A stretch of 63,371 bases of DNA, the filler included, from Welwitschia mirabilis (Eukaryota), in the NCBI GenBank assembly GCA_051453625.1. It is 7 parts of one record of this genome, joined end to end, with 100 filler letters (N's around TTAATTAATTAA, not from the genome) between each part and the next. Parts side by side here need not be neighbours in the genome. Positions count along the whole stretch, not along the records: positions 1 to 12,914 come from JBOZIK010000001.1; 6 more parts are not named here. One strand, 5' to 3'. This document shows positions 1-13,014 of the stretch, piece after piece (within the stretch, counting starts at the first letter, position 1; each line of letters starts with the position of its first letter). The position numbers and the translations under genes were made by a program. Below the pieces are notes generated by a model. The model was given only the letters and a program-made list of their open reading frames with translations, searched no databases and was not told the origin of the DNA.

Positions 1-465
1 TTATCCATAAAATGGTAGTTCTGAGCCCTCATTCTTACAAACTAATAAAAACAGAAAATATTGAAAGATAAATTAAATGTGAAATTGTAAAATATTTTAT
101 TATTAATTCATTTAAGAGAAATAATTAATGGATGAATACTTCTTTAATTTAACACCAAAAAAAGTTCAAAACCTTCAAGGCACTTTCAAGAGGGCAAAAA
201 CATTGAAACCTTAAAATTAAGGGATCTGGGGACTCAGCAGTCACAAATACTTAAGATCCAGACCCCTGTGGTTGTTTTTGAAATGGCTCTCCTCGCCCGG
301 CTATTCCTTTATAGTGATGCATCTGTCGGCACTCTCTCATCAAGTAATGAACAGTAGTGAGGTACTTGTGACCTTGTGACTTTAGAGTTTGTATTCGAGG
401 AAAGAATCAGTAGAATATTCAGAGTATTGTAGTATTGTGTTCAGAGTATTTGGAGAAAATCTGTC

Positions 466-540
466 ATGGATGAGGAAGCTGTCAAGTCCATTATACTTTC
501 TCTTCCTTCTTCTGCAGTTGCATACCTTATGAGCATCAGC
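466..540 (+). CDS. PUS10: PUS10 coding exon 1 (MDEEAVKSIILSLPSSAVAYLMSIS)
   Basis: ATG at 466, 25 codons, then donor GTACGC at 541 (phase 0). Joins in frame to exon 2 giving ...SLPSSAVAYLMSIS|VCPRCIFRIFG, which resembles the plant PUS10 N-terminus as I recall it (SLP..AV..LLS.GVC.RC). Exon 2 has an in-frame stop upstream (TGA 24448-24450) and no ATG between it and the exon, so an upstream exon is required. Confidence 0.8.
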
Positions 541-1599
541 GTACGCTTATTCCTTGTACCTTTCGGTTTTCCAGAAAGCATTATTGGAATCATTTCCTCT
601 TTAGATTTCTCTGTACTTTTTTACGAAATTCTAAGAATGTATGGTAATTTTCTCGATCGCAATTACGTTCTGCGGTGGTATGCTTGGACTTTCCAGTAAG
701 ATACGTGTTTACGTTTTATTGGCAAGAGCGCATTTACTATTGTTCATCATCTTTCGTTCGATGATATACATTCAAGGGCCCGACATTCTTGAAAGCTCTC
801 TGGAAATCAATTTTAATCGAGTGTTTTGTCCAAAAAATTAGGACGCAAGCAAATACAGAAACTTCAAAACTTGGGTCTTCTTAAGAACTGGTTCCTAAAC
901 TGATTGTTCTAACAAACGCGTTTTGTATTTTGGAAGAACATGAAAGAAGCTTATGGAATGTTTTGATGGCGGGGTGCGTAAACCAAACTATCCTGCTATT
1001 GTTGAAGCATGTTGTATTCCTCAGTTATTCACTGGTACTGTATCCCTAACAAGGCGATCGAATACAAGCTAAATGTATCACACCTTTGATACATGTTATC
1101 GGTGAAGATTTAAGTCAGTACCTCTTCTTATGTGATTCAAATCTGGTGGTCCGTAAATAACACATCCTCGAACAGTAGACTTGGTGTTATATTTTTAACA
1201 TTACATTCTTTAATTTTATTGAATCGGACGTATGTTAATCATTATTGCCATCTTGATTTGGAAGCTTGCTACATGTAGAGCAGAAAGAGGGTATGATAAG
1301 TTCATAAGGGAACATGTTTTGAAGAACACTAAAGCATCTAAAAATTAATCCTTTGCAAGACTGGAATCTAGTGGTCACCTTATAACCTGATTGTAGACAT
1401 ATTGAATTGATATTTGAATGTGTAGGTCACATTCTTTGCATTTTACAGTTAGTATTTCATGGATCTTCCATTGCCAATTGAGATTAGTGTGCTAGAGAAT
1501 AGAAACTACCACAAGATATTCCTAAAATATTGAAAGACAGGTTGTAAAAGAAATAATGAACAAGAAGGGAACACTGATGCAGGTTTGCATACAAAATGC

Positions 1600-2000
1600 T
1601 TCAGCTTGAACATTTGGACTATGAAAAAAATTCACCTGCTGTGGAACGTTGTATCCTTGTTAGCATGTTATTCTTGGATGTAGAAGTCCAGAATTCATAA
1701 CCAGGTGTGTGAAATCTGCACTGAGGGATTGTACCTCACCTAGAATGTGCCTAAGGTCCAGATTTGTTCTCCCTTGGAACAGAACAAATGCTTGCTCCTA
1801 AACATCCTTAGTTGGTCATACGGAATGGAGCTCCCACCCCACATGTTCCAGTATTCACCATTCAAGAGTGGTGGTTAGTGACATACCAGTATTTGCTGCT
1901 TCTGTCCAAAACATTTTAGGCAACCCTGCATGTGATCTTTGGTTCTTATTTCTTCAAAAAATTTGTCCATCTTCTTAATGGTGATGTAAAAACCAGAAAG
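1600..2000 (-). mobile_element. Highly degenerate Ty1/copia integrase remnant
   Basis: Reverse strand reads HAGLPKMFWTEAANT (compare copia xGLPKxFWAEAxNTA), followed by frameshifted GY..W-like residues. Boundaries approximate. Confidence 0.55.
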
Positions 2001-2193
2001 CTACATCAATAGGTTGTAAGGCATTAAAATGAATTGTATCCATCTCATTGCTTCCCTAGCGTATAGAGTTATCTAAATATCCTACCTTGAATTCTGCCTC
2101 AAACCTATGTGTCACTTTCTCTCGAGATATTCACAGTTGAAAATCACCCCAGATCTTTGTTCCTATGGTTTAATCTCACTCTAGAGTTATTAG

Positions 2194-2249
2194 TTTATAC
2201 TTTAAGCTTGTTACAAATAACTTTATACTTTAAGCTTGTTACAAATAAC
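2194..2249. repeat. Perfect 28-bp tandem duplication (TTTATACTTTAAGCTTGTTACAAATAAC x2)
   Basis: Read directly from sequence. Confidence 0.9.
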
Positions 2250-3858
2250 CTTGCAATCACTTTTTTTGCATCACCTCATTGCCATAGCTTGAAAAATAAA
2301 AAAAGATTATCTGCAACGCTACACTAATTAAATTTGGTACTGGATTACCTCTAGTTCTAACCCATTAAGGTATTCTAATATGTGATGCTAAAGCTATGTT
2401 CTCCAATGTCTTGGACAACAAGAATGTTGAAAGTTATTACGCAAAATTCTTACCCAGGATCAAATGTACATCCTTTTCAATTTGGAGAATGAGAATGTTA
2501 TAAAAATGATCAGAAGCCACAAAGGATTAGAGTATAATGCAGAGAAAAGAGAAGACAAAAACAGAGATTGTAAGTGGTAAACCATCTAATGTAAACTGAA
2601 ACAACCCCAAGAGAGCAGGCTAAGAGCTTTGGTACTACACAAATGAAGAATGGATCAAGATATAATGGACAAAGGTTGTCCAGCTTTCTGAGGACAAGAT
2701 TAGCATAGATCAGTTGTACTCATTAATTTGACAGTTACTTAACAAATAATTGAGAGGTTCATCAGTGATTGTAAGCAGAAAACTTTCAAATTCAGCAAAC
2801 TCTCAGAAAAATTTGGCTATTAAAAATCAATGTACCTCAAATTGAACCAAGTGGGCAAACACTTATATAAGCTAGCCAAACTCAGTTGAGCTTAGCTAAA
2901 ACTAAAGACTGTCAAAGTAAACTCAATGAATTGTATCTTTCTAAATGCACTTACCCAGCTAACTTGGGATTTGAAAAGCTTAACAATAAGTGTGTGATGA
3001 ATTATGTAGTCCTATTGGCCTTTGGTAAGGAAGGTCATTATGAGAGGGATAAATGTGAAAACTCATCTCGACATTAAAAGAGGACTTATGATTTAAAAGG
3101 GTTAAATATAAAGGAAAAACCTTAGAGAAACCCTAACCCTTGATTTATCGATGATGTCCTAATGAAAAAGTTGTTGCTATGGTGTTATTAACATGAGAAA
3201 CAATTATTGCCATTGTTTTTGTTCTACATGTTTTCTCCATTTTTCGATTCCCTCTTGACTTCACCTTGGCAGACTAAGTCAATACATCGATAGGCTAATA
3301 AATTAACCTTCTAATCAAAATGGAAAATCCCTTCCAAATGGGATTTTGTTTCGTCTCGACGTTTTGGGGTTGCATATATTTATGTATAAAATTATGAACC
3401 ATATAAGACCCATAATAATTTAGTTCTTAACATAATAGGTCAAGCCATAACAAATTGATTAGAATATATTTTCATAACATGAAACAAGGTTTTCTTTGTT
3501 TGAAATTAAACAAGAACTCCACTTTTAAAATCTTCTTTGCTAGGGTACTATTTGAATAATGGGCTCTCAGTATTTCATTTTTTAATACTTTGGCCCATGT
3601 TTTTGTCATTGTCCTATGATTCGTATCAAATGAAGACAAAAGCCTAAGAACATTTTGGATTTGCTATTAATATTCATTTTATCATAAGAGATTGCCTTTT
3701 ATGGGTTCTCCAATCGATTTGCTTGGAAATGAGTTCCCACTAGGGAATTTAAATTGCAAATTGAACCTATCATGGTTGCATGATGAGGATGTGGCATCAT
3801 TCTAGTGATTTCATGCAAAGATAAATTATTCCGCTACCCTTCTATATGATGTGCATTT

Positions 3859-4231
3859 TGTTACGAATTTTAACAATAAACCAATGCTAAAAGAAACAAA
3901 ACAGCGTGCAAAAGAAACACACACAGATAAATGTGGAAAACCCTTTTGGAAAAAAACCATGGGAAGCAGGTAGAGCTCTTAATCTTATTCAAGGAGCAAA
4001 AGAATCCATTGTCCAAAAATAAAGCCCAAGCAACCTTTAAATAGGTTTAGGGTTTCAAGCCAAGACATCCTCCCCTTTTTCCCCTCTGTTTTTTTTTTTT
4101 TTTGAGAAATTTTAAATACCCCAAGGAGTTGAAACATAGACTCCTTTTGCAACATTACAAAAAAGAGGGGTCAAGGGTAAAACATAACATCACAATATTA
4201 AAAAGACAAATTTGGCTTCATTTTTCCAACA
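3859..4231 (-). repeat. 3' LTR of Copia A
   Basis: TG...CA ends, adjacent PPT, aligns with 20271-20667. Confidence 0.88.
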
Positions 4232-4317
4232 TTCTCCCACTTGAAGACAAATTTGGCAAGTCTTCAAGAACAACTCCTTATGTAGCTCCAAGAGATGCCT
4301 ATTTCCATGCTTCTAGA

Positions 4318-7300
4318 TCACGTCCCTAATCCAACTCCATTACAACATACCTTTTGCTTTGTGCCATTAATAGCCTTTGTTAGGAAATCAACATGATTTG
4401 CACGCATGTGAATTTTGCAGAAATCTAATAGACCTTTCTTAATCTTCTGCTCGATGAAATGATATTTAACATCTATGCGCTTAGTCCTGGTATGATAAAT
4501 AGGATTCTTCGTTAGATGTATAACACTCTGACTGTCACAATGCAAGATAAACTTGGTTTGACTAAGGCCTAACCATTCAACAAAACCACGCAGCTAGAAC
4601 ATCTCCTTAGTAGCTTTTGTCAAGGCAACATACTTAGCTTTTGTAGTGGAAATAACAACATTAGATTGTCGACGGGACGTCTTGCTAATAGCTCCACCAC
4701 CAAGGGTAAATACACACTCTGTAGTAGACCTTCTAGTATCCCTGTAATTAGGAGAATCAACATCCATACACCTTGTAATATGCAAATCAGTATTGCCAAA
4801 ATACAAACTCATATGTTGAGTTCCCTTCAAGTAACAAAGAAACCATTTTACAGCTTCAGTGCTCTTTTCTAGGATTACTTATGAAATGAGAAACAATTCC
4901 CGCTGCATGAGCAATATCTGGTCTAGTACAAACCATGGCATACATCAGACTTCCCACAGCTCATGCATAAGGAACACCTGTCATTTCTATCTTCTCCTTC
5001 TCTGAAGTAGGACAACCCTAATGAGTCAACTAAAACTATGTAGCAAGCCGAGTACAGATAGGTTTACAATCTACCATGTTAAAACGTTTTAAAACTTTGC
5101 CAATATATCTAGATTAACTTAACCACAACCTATGACATGATCTATATCTAACAATCCTCATTCCAAGGATTTATGTTGCTGGTCTAAGATCTTTAGTGGC
5201 AAAAGTCTTAGACATTTCATGCTTCAATTTTTTGATTTCTTTCATGTAATTTCCAGCAGCCAACATATTATCAACACACAACATGAGAATGATAATCACA
5301 TCTGAAGCACTTATGTAAAGGTACACACAATAATTATAATTGCATTTAGATTATCTCTATTTCTGCATAAAATCATTAGGCTTCTTGTGCCATTGACGAG
5401 ATGTCTGTTTCAAGCCATAAAGAGACTTCGTCAACCTGGAAACCAGATTTCTATTTTCCACTTTTAAACCCTCTGGTACATGTATATAAATTTCTTCTTC
5501 TAGATCACCATGCAAAAAAGCTATTTTACTGTCTAATTGTTCTAACTCCAAATCCAAACAAGCAACCATGTGAAACAAAATCCGAATAGATATGTGTTTC
5601 ACAAAAGGTGAGAAAATTTCTATAAAATTAATGCCTGGTTTTGGGCTGTACCTTTTCACCACCAACCATGCTTTGTAGCGTTGTTCACCATTAGCCTCCT
5701 GTTTGATAACATACCCCCACCTCGATTTTAATGGGCTTTTTCCTTTGGGTAAGGGAACCAAATCCCAAGTATGATTCTATTCTAGGGATTTCATTTCTTC
5801 TTCCATGGTAGCTTTCCATTTATGAGATTCAAAATTTCTTCTTCAAAAAATTCAGGTTCTTACTTATTTGTAAACAATACATAATGTAAAGACGGAGAAT
5901 AACTTTTAATTTGCTTGGTAACTTTGGTGGATCTACAAACCCAATGTGCTGGAGTTTGGGTTCTATCATTATTAGACTTAGGTTCAGTTTTAGAACTTGA
6001 GCTTTCCTCTTTAGGCTTGTTTAGTTCAGCCTGAACATTTCCCCATGTGTATCACGCTTTTCTTCATCATCAACTTGTTCAAGCTTGTGTAGGATGTGAG
6101 AATCAAAACTTCTCTCTTTCTGAATGCTCTCCTGTGACATGTAAAACATCATGTTTTCTCTGAATTCAACATCACGTGATCTAACAATCGTTTGTACCAT
6201 ACGATCCCAAAGTCTATATCCAAAATTATCTACCCCATAGCCAAGAAAAACACATTTCTTGCCACCTTGTTCTAGTTTCCTTTACCCTGCAAATGGACAT
6301 ACACCTCACATCCAAAAACACGCATGTGAGATAAAGGAAGAGAGCTCCCACTCGAGATAGATTCTGGAATATCATCATCTAAGGATGAATGAGGATAACG
6401 ATTAATCAAATAGGCAGCTGTCCTAGAAGCTTTTGCCCAAAACAACTTAGGTACATTGGAGTGAGCAAACATGGATTTGATTCTATCAAGAATTGTATGA
6501 TTATATCTCTCTGCAACACCATTATTTTGTGGTGTTACTAGTGGTGTCTTAGTATGTACATTTCCAACCTACTTACAAAATTGAGAAAAGTCATTGGAGG
6601 TGTAATCACCCCCATTATGAATGACAAGGTACTTTATTTTATAGNNNNNNNNNNNNNCTAATCTAACTCTAACTCCTCAAACTTTTCTAATGTTTGACTT
6701 TTGGAATGCATAAAATAAATTTACATCTATGTTCTAAATCTCTCAATGAATGTAATGAAATATGATGCTCTACCTAAAGACGTGATAGACATTGGACCAA
6801 CAATATCGGAATACACCATATAAAGTTTTCTTATCTGCCTGTTCAAAAGAGATTTCTTAAAAGCAACAGGCTTAATTTTATTAATAGCACAATCATGATA
6901 GAAATATAAAGAAATTGAAGGAACTTAGGCCACAAGTTCTTAGAAATATGTACTTTCATTTTGGTTTCACTAAGGTAAGTGAGTTTATGATGCCACAAAG
7001 AATCATCGTCCTCTGAAACTATAGCAGCAATGCATCTTCCAACTACACATGCTCTCAACATATATAATATCCCTTCGTTCTTCTCATGCATCAATGTCAT
7101 TGCTCCTTTGCTGACTTGCCAATTTCCATCAATATGAGTAGTTCTACGTCTCAAATCATCCAGTTGTTCAGAAGAGATTAAGTGCTTTGTAATACCATGA
7201 ACATGGTAAACATTCCTCAATTCCACATTCTGCCTATTACTCTGTATTAGAATGATAGTACCAATCCCTTTAACAGAACATGATCTATCCTCTCCCAAGA

Positions 7301-7908
7301 AGACTTCTCTCCCAGAATCAGACTTGCAATTAGAAAACATATTCTGTGTATAGGCAAACATGAAAGGAAGCTTTTGAATCTAGAATCTATACACTAGGAG
7401 TAGACTACATGGAGACATTGGCATCTCCATCTCTAGTAATAAGCACGACTGAAACATCTCCATCAAATTCTGCTTATTTTTGTCCACTATTCTCAGGTCT
7501 CTTATCTTTCGTCTTAGTTTTCAAAGCACAACCGTCCTTGTGCAGATGACCTTTCTTCTTACAATACAAGCAAACGACTTCATTTCTATTCGCAAATTTA
7601 CTTCTGCTCTTGTTACATCCATAAACATTTTCCCTTTTAGATGAACTGCCCTTTTTAATAGCCAACGCTTCACTGGGTAACATCTTCAGGTTTGGTCTTA
7701 TCTGCTTCCAACAACTTTAAATGACAGTATTAAGAGATAGTAAGGTTCTAGAAGCAGTAGTCAAGGTAGTCTGAACTGTTTCCCATGATTTTAGTAAGGA
7801 ACTCAACACAACAATAATCCAAAGATCTTCGAAATTTATAGTCAGATAATTGATTTGAGCAAGCAAGGCATTTATCTCATCCAAATGACTTTGCAAAGAC
7901 GTTCCTTC
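4318..7908 (-). pseudogene. Copia A gag-pol remnant
   Basis: ORF fragments 4318-4545, 4594-4830, 5357-5761, 6272-6472, 6843-7361 and 7474-7683 occur in copia order (gag-PR-INT-RT-RH) on the minus strand. Confidence 0.92.
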
Positions 7909-8440
7909 TGTTGATATGTGAAGCCAAATATATTATTTATATTGTAAATGTTATGTTTTAACATTTACCCCTATTTAAGGTTGTANNNNNNNNNNNNNNN
8001 NNNNNNNNNNNNNNNNNNNNNNNNNNNNNNNNNNNNNNNNNNNNNNNNNNNNNNNNNNNNNNNNNNNNNNNNNNNNNNNNNNNNNTAAAACTGTCCTTGC
8101 GGGCATTAGGTAGAGATGGGATATGTGTCAAGAGAAGGATGATACCCTCTTTAGGGTTTTGGGTTGTAACCCTAATTAGTTATAACCCTTAGCCTATTTA
8201 ATGGTGGTGTAAGAGTTGTTTGTAATATAGACCGACAGAGTTGATAGAGTTTTGTGAGGCATTCTTGCCTGAAACCTATCATTGCTTGAAGCCTCTTCTT
8301 GGCTTGTAATCATTGAAGAAAGCTCTGCATTGTTTTCCTATGGTTTTTCCCCTCATTGGGGTTTTCTACATAAATCGTTGTGTCTTTGTGTTCTCTTACT
8401 GCTTTCCTTAATCGTTTTGCTGTTATGTATTTTCATAACA
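7909..8440 (+). repeat. 5' LTR of Copia B
   Basis: 8086-8440 aligns with 19819-20181, followed by PBS. Confidence 0.85.
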
Positions 8441-9010
8441 CTTGGTATCAAAGCACTACATTTGAAGTTCACACGCTTTGGCGATAATCTTGGTGTTTGT
8501 AAACCCCCCGAGTGGAGTAGAGGTTGTAGAGTGTAGCGGAGTGAGCTTGCGCACGTGAAGTACACGCTCAAATTTTTGGGTGTCCATATAACGCATTTGG
8601 CATCCGTTCATATAGTCGTATAATTCAACGACAATGGAGTGTTTGTAGATGAGCGACGGATTAATCAAAGCTGCGAACTGAGGTGTATGAAAGATTATGA
8701 TGGAAGACATCTTTTGCCAAAGAGAATGTGACGCTGTTCTAAAGATGGAAGCGGATGTGAAGGCAACATCTAGACTTTCTGACACAGAATGGCTGAAGAA
8801 GTACCCTGACAAAGAGTGGAAGAAACTTGAAGAAGGGTGGTTTTGTTGATATGGCCATGCCTTAGCAATGAGATTCTTCAATCCCATAGCAAGATTTTTA
8901 CTACAACCGAACTGTGGCAGATTTTGATGTAGAGGTATGATCAGCCTACTAGCATGAATCAATTTTATAATGTTAACAAGGTCTTCCAAGATGAAGATGA
9001 AAGAAGGTGC

Positions 9011-10179
9011 TATGGAAGAATCCAAGTTTCAATGATGTCCAAGTCTGCACATTGGTTTCAATGCTACACCAAAATTACAAAAATCTGAAGTTGTGCCAAT
9101 TGGAAGGTCTACTCGATTTGATGGGACTTCAACCCTTTTTTGCGAAATTTTATATGAGGACGTCCTAGCTCTATTTCTGGGATGTCCAGACCTGTATGCG
9201 GGAAGCTTGTATGGGGGCGTCCGCATTTGTGATCGGGACGTTTGACCTTGTATTCGATTGACACTATGGGGACATCCGGACCTAGGAACGGGACATCCAG
9301 GATGGCTCTCGGTTTTAACAGAAGCCTGGCATTACAACCGGGACGTCTGGTCTTAAAGAATGGGACGTCTGGCTCAATGAACGTTGAAGTGAAAATATGA
9401 CTGTTATGGCTGCCAAAGAAACATCTTTTGACATCTAAACAGCTAGGATTGTGAGCCAAATGGCTAAGGCTTCGCATCTGAGGCTCCAATAGCTATTTTG
9501 TGACCTTTTATTTATAAAACACTGAATCTTCATTGTTGTAAATACCACTCTCCAGAAATTGTATATACTGAACTCTGATATACTTGTACAATTTGAGCTT
9601 CATCAAGATATCTAATGTGATTGGAGTTCCTGCTCTCATTTGCTGATATACTGTGCTAAAGGCACTCATACCATCAGATATTCTTCTATTGAAAGCATCT
9701 AGTTGCTCATTGGAGTGAGCCTATATATCTTGTGTGAAGGGAGTGGATTGTAATAGTTGGTGAAGGGTATTGTAATGTGCCCACTGTGTTGGGTGTTTTA
9801 AGAGAATTAGCAAGCTGAAAGCATGTTGCTACCCCCTGAGAGTGGAGTAGGCAAGAATAGCCGAACCACTATAAATCTGGTGCACTGTTTCTTTTACTGT
9901 TTTTGCTTTTCATTTCTTGGTGTTGAAACTTCTTAGTAGTTCTATGTTAGAAAGATGCAGCAGANNNNNNNNNNNNNNNNNNNNNNNNNNNNNNNNNNNN
10001 NNNNNNNNNNNNNNNNNNNNNNNNNNNNNNNNNNNNNNNNNNNNNNNNNNNNNNNNNNNNNNNNTGGCTTCACTTCCAACATTCTATACTTAATTAAGAC
10101 TGATAAAGTTTTTGAAGCAAGTAATTTTTTTTATTACCTTATTCACCCTCCCCCTCTAGGGTGCCCTTCAATCTTAATA
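9011..10179 (+). repeat. 5' LTR of SIRE element C
   Basis: Aligns with 15359-16103. Termini mutated (TA..TA versus TG..CA). Confidence 0.87.
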
Positions 10180-12914
10180 ATTGATATCAGAGCGTGGTGT
10201 CCTAGATTTGTATTTGTATTACAAGTTTGATGGCATCCACAAGTTATCTAGAGGGTCACGTAGTTTCTAGGCCTTCCTTTTTTGATGGGAATAACCATCC
10301 TCACTGGAAGTTAAAGATGAGAATATTTCTGACCTCTTTCCATCTAGAAATTTGGGACATGATCGAACAGGGTTATGCCCCTCCAAAGCAAGTTGATGCG
10401 AACAGAGTCACATCCTTAAAACCTAGAGACAAGTGGGATGATGATGACACCAAGAAGCTCTAGAACAACGCAAGGGCCATGAATGCAATCAACTATGCCT
10501 TGTCGAATGAAGAATATGATCGAGTAGTTCCATGATTTACCGCCAAAGAGATGTGGGATACTCTCAAAGTAGCCAATGAAGGAACAAACGTGGTGAAGAA
10601 CTCAAAGCTTCAACTCCTCGCAACAAAGTTTGAGAACATCAGAATGGAGAAATCAGAAACAGTTGCAGACTACACCACAAAAGTGAGCAACATTGTCAAC
10701 AATATGTGGAGCTTAGGAGAAAAAGTTCCGGAGAACAAAGTAGTCTGCAAAATCCTCAGGAATCTCTCTATGAAGTTTAGGCCAAAGGTGACAACCATCA
10801 AAGAAAGCAAGGACATGGACAGGATGAAGGTAGAAGAACTCAAAGGTTCCTTGATGACATATGAGGCAACGCTCTTACCTGAAGAAGATCCACCAAAAAG
10901 AAAGAGCATTGCTCTCATAGTAAGTGATGAGGTTAACGATTCAAGCAACAGCGAGATGGACGAAGATCTAGCACTTCTAACTAAGAATTTCAAGTGATTC
11001 CTTCGAAAGAAGAAAGAAGGCTAATATTCTAAGAAGTCCTTCAAAGGAAAAAATGACAAAAGTAAAATCTCTTCTAATTCTATACAATGCTATGAATGCA
11101 AAGGTTTTGGACATGTTACTGCAGATTGTGCCAACAATAAAAAGGAGAAGTCCAAGGCCAAAGGGAAGAAGGTACTTCAAGCCTCGTGGGATGAATCAGA
11201 TGATGAAAGTGCCAGTTCGAGTGATGAAGGAGATGGCATGTGGTTCGCACTACTTGCAGAGGTAAGTTCCCCTATTTCCTCTAATTTAATTAATGATGAA
11301 AGTGCTCTTAATTCTAGGAAATCAGAAAATGCTTTTGAAATTTGCGATAATCTAGATTTTGACCACGATGAATTATTTGAAGCCTACGAAAAATTGTATG
11401 CGCTTAGCCTAGAATTAGGAAAGAAAAATGTTCTGTACAAACAAATAATAGAAAGTCTTGAATGTGAATTAAAAAGGGCAAATTTGAAAATCGAATCCTT
11501 GTCTAAAGAATTAGAAGATGCTAAATTCATTGCTAATTGTTTAACAAGGAAAGGATATTCTAAATAAGTTATTAGGTATGGGAAGATCCTCATATGATAA
11601 GTTCGCTCTAGNNNNNNNNNNNNNNNNNNNNNNNNNNNNNNCAACAACCATCGGCATATCCAAGTCAACTGCCCTTACAAGAAATCAGCTCACTTTGGAT
11701 ACCCTAATGGCAATCTCAAGTTCCTTAGAAAAACTCTGTTGAACCAAAATCCTTTAAGAAAGCAAGTCTCCAAGAAAAGGGTGAGAAAAAGTCATATTTT
11801 ATCTTTATTTGCTCATGCTGCATTCAAGGCTTAAGAGAAAACAAAATGGTATCTAGATAGTGGATGTTCTAGACACATGACAGGAAACAAGAGTTTGTTA
11901 GTTTCCTTCCAAGACTATGACAGNNNNNNNNNNNNNNNNNNNNNNNNNNNNNNNNNNNNNNNNNNNNNNNNNNNNNNNNNNNNNNNNNNNNNNNNNNNNN
12001 NNNNNNNNNNNNNNNNNNNNNNNATGACAGTGGTGAAGTCACATTTGGAGACAACAATAAAGGACACATAGTTGAAAAAGGATCCATTGCTGCAACCAAC
12101 TTTCATCCAATGATACATGATGTCTATCTAGTAGGAGGACTAAAACACAACTTGTTGAGTATATCACAAATATGTGATAGAGGTAACATTGTCTTCTTCT
12201 ACAAAGATAAATGTGTCATTCGAAATAGTATCACCAACCAAGAAATTCTCACTAGTCATAGATCTAAATGCATGTATGTTCCTGGAAGCAGCAAGAAATC
12301 AACAAAAGGCTGTTATTTAGCTTAGGCAAGTGAAGTCAGCCTTTGGCATTATAGACTTGGTCATATAAACTTGAAAGATCTGAAGATAATTTCTTCAAAA
12401 GAGATAATAAGAGGCATTCTGAAACCAAAGATAGATCAAGCCAAAGTCTGTGAATCCTACTTAAAAGGAAAGTTGGTAAAATCAAGTTTTCCTAAGAAGA
12501 AAAATATGTGTACCTCTCAACCTCGAGAACCAATTCACATGTACTTGGTAGGTCCAGTACAAACGCGAAGTATTGGAGGGAGAAAATATTTCTTGGTAAT
12601 AGTAGTGACTTTTCCAGATTTTGTTAGGTAGGATTTCTAGCTTACAAAGATGAAGCATTTGAAATGTTTGTAAAGATTGGGAAAAGAGTCCAAAAAGAAT
12701 TAGATAAGTCTATCAGAGCTATGAGGTCCGATAGAGGAGGTAAATTTGACAACGCGAAATTTGATGAGTTTTGTAGTTCTAGTGGAATATCACATCAATA
12801 CTCAACTCCCCGAACACCTCAACAAAATGGTGTAGCAGAAAGAAAGAACCGTGTTTTAATTGGAATGGCTAGAACTATAATTAATGAATACTCTCTTCCT
12901 CATAACCTATGGGC

Positions 12915-13014
12915 NNNNNNNNNNNNNNNNNNNNNNNNNNNNNNNNNNNNNNNNNNNNTTAATTAATTAANNNNNNNNNNNNNNNNNNNNNNNNNNNNNN
13001 NNNNNNNNNNNNNN
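12915..13014. other. Artificial 100-bp assembly spacer N44-TTAATTAATTAA-N44 (also at 40202-40301, 48852-48951, 57216-57315, 60066-60165, 62137-62236)
   Basis: Identical 12-mer with stops in all six frames, flanked by 44 N on each side, six times in the window. Confidence 0.95.

Noticed and set aside
541..699. Continuation of the 77-aa ORF starting at 466 as a single-exon small gene
   Set aside because: After codon 25 the sequence is T-rich and intron-like with a good GT donor, so it is better explained as PUS10 exon 1 plus intron
700..3100. Possible endogenous pararetrovirus
   Set aside because: No caulimovirid movement, coat or RT motifs found. The only recognisable motif is copia integrase.
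8456..9489. Minus-strand ORFs of 189 aa and 126 aa (Pro-Asp-Val repeats)
   Set aside because: Antisense to B gag and to the GGACGTCC array of the C LTR. The frame is not conserved in the 3' LTR copy.
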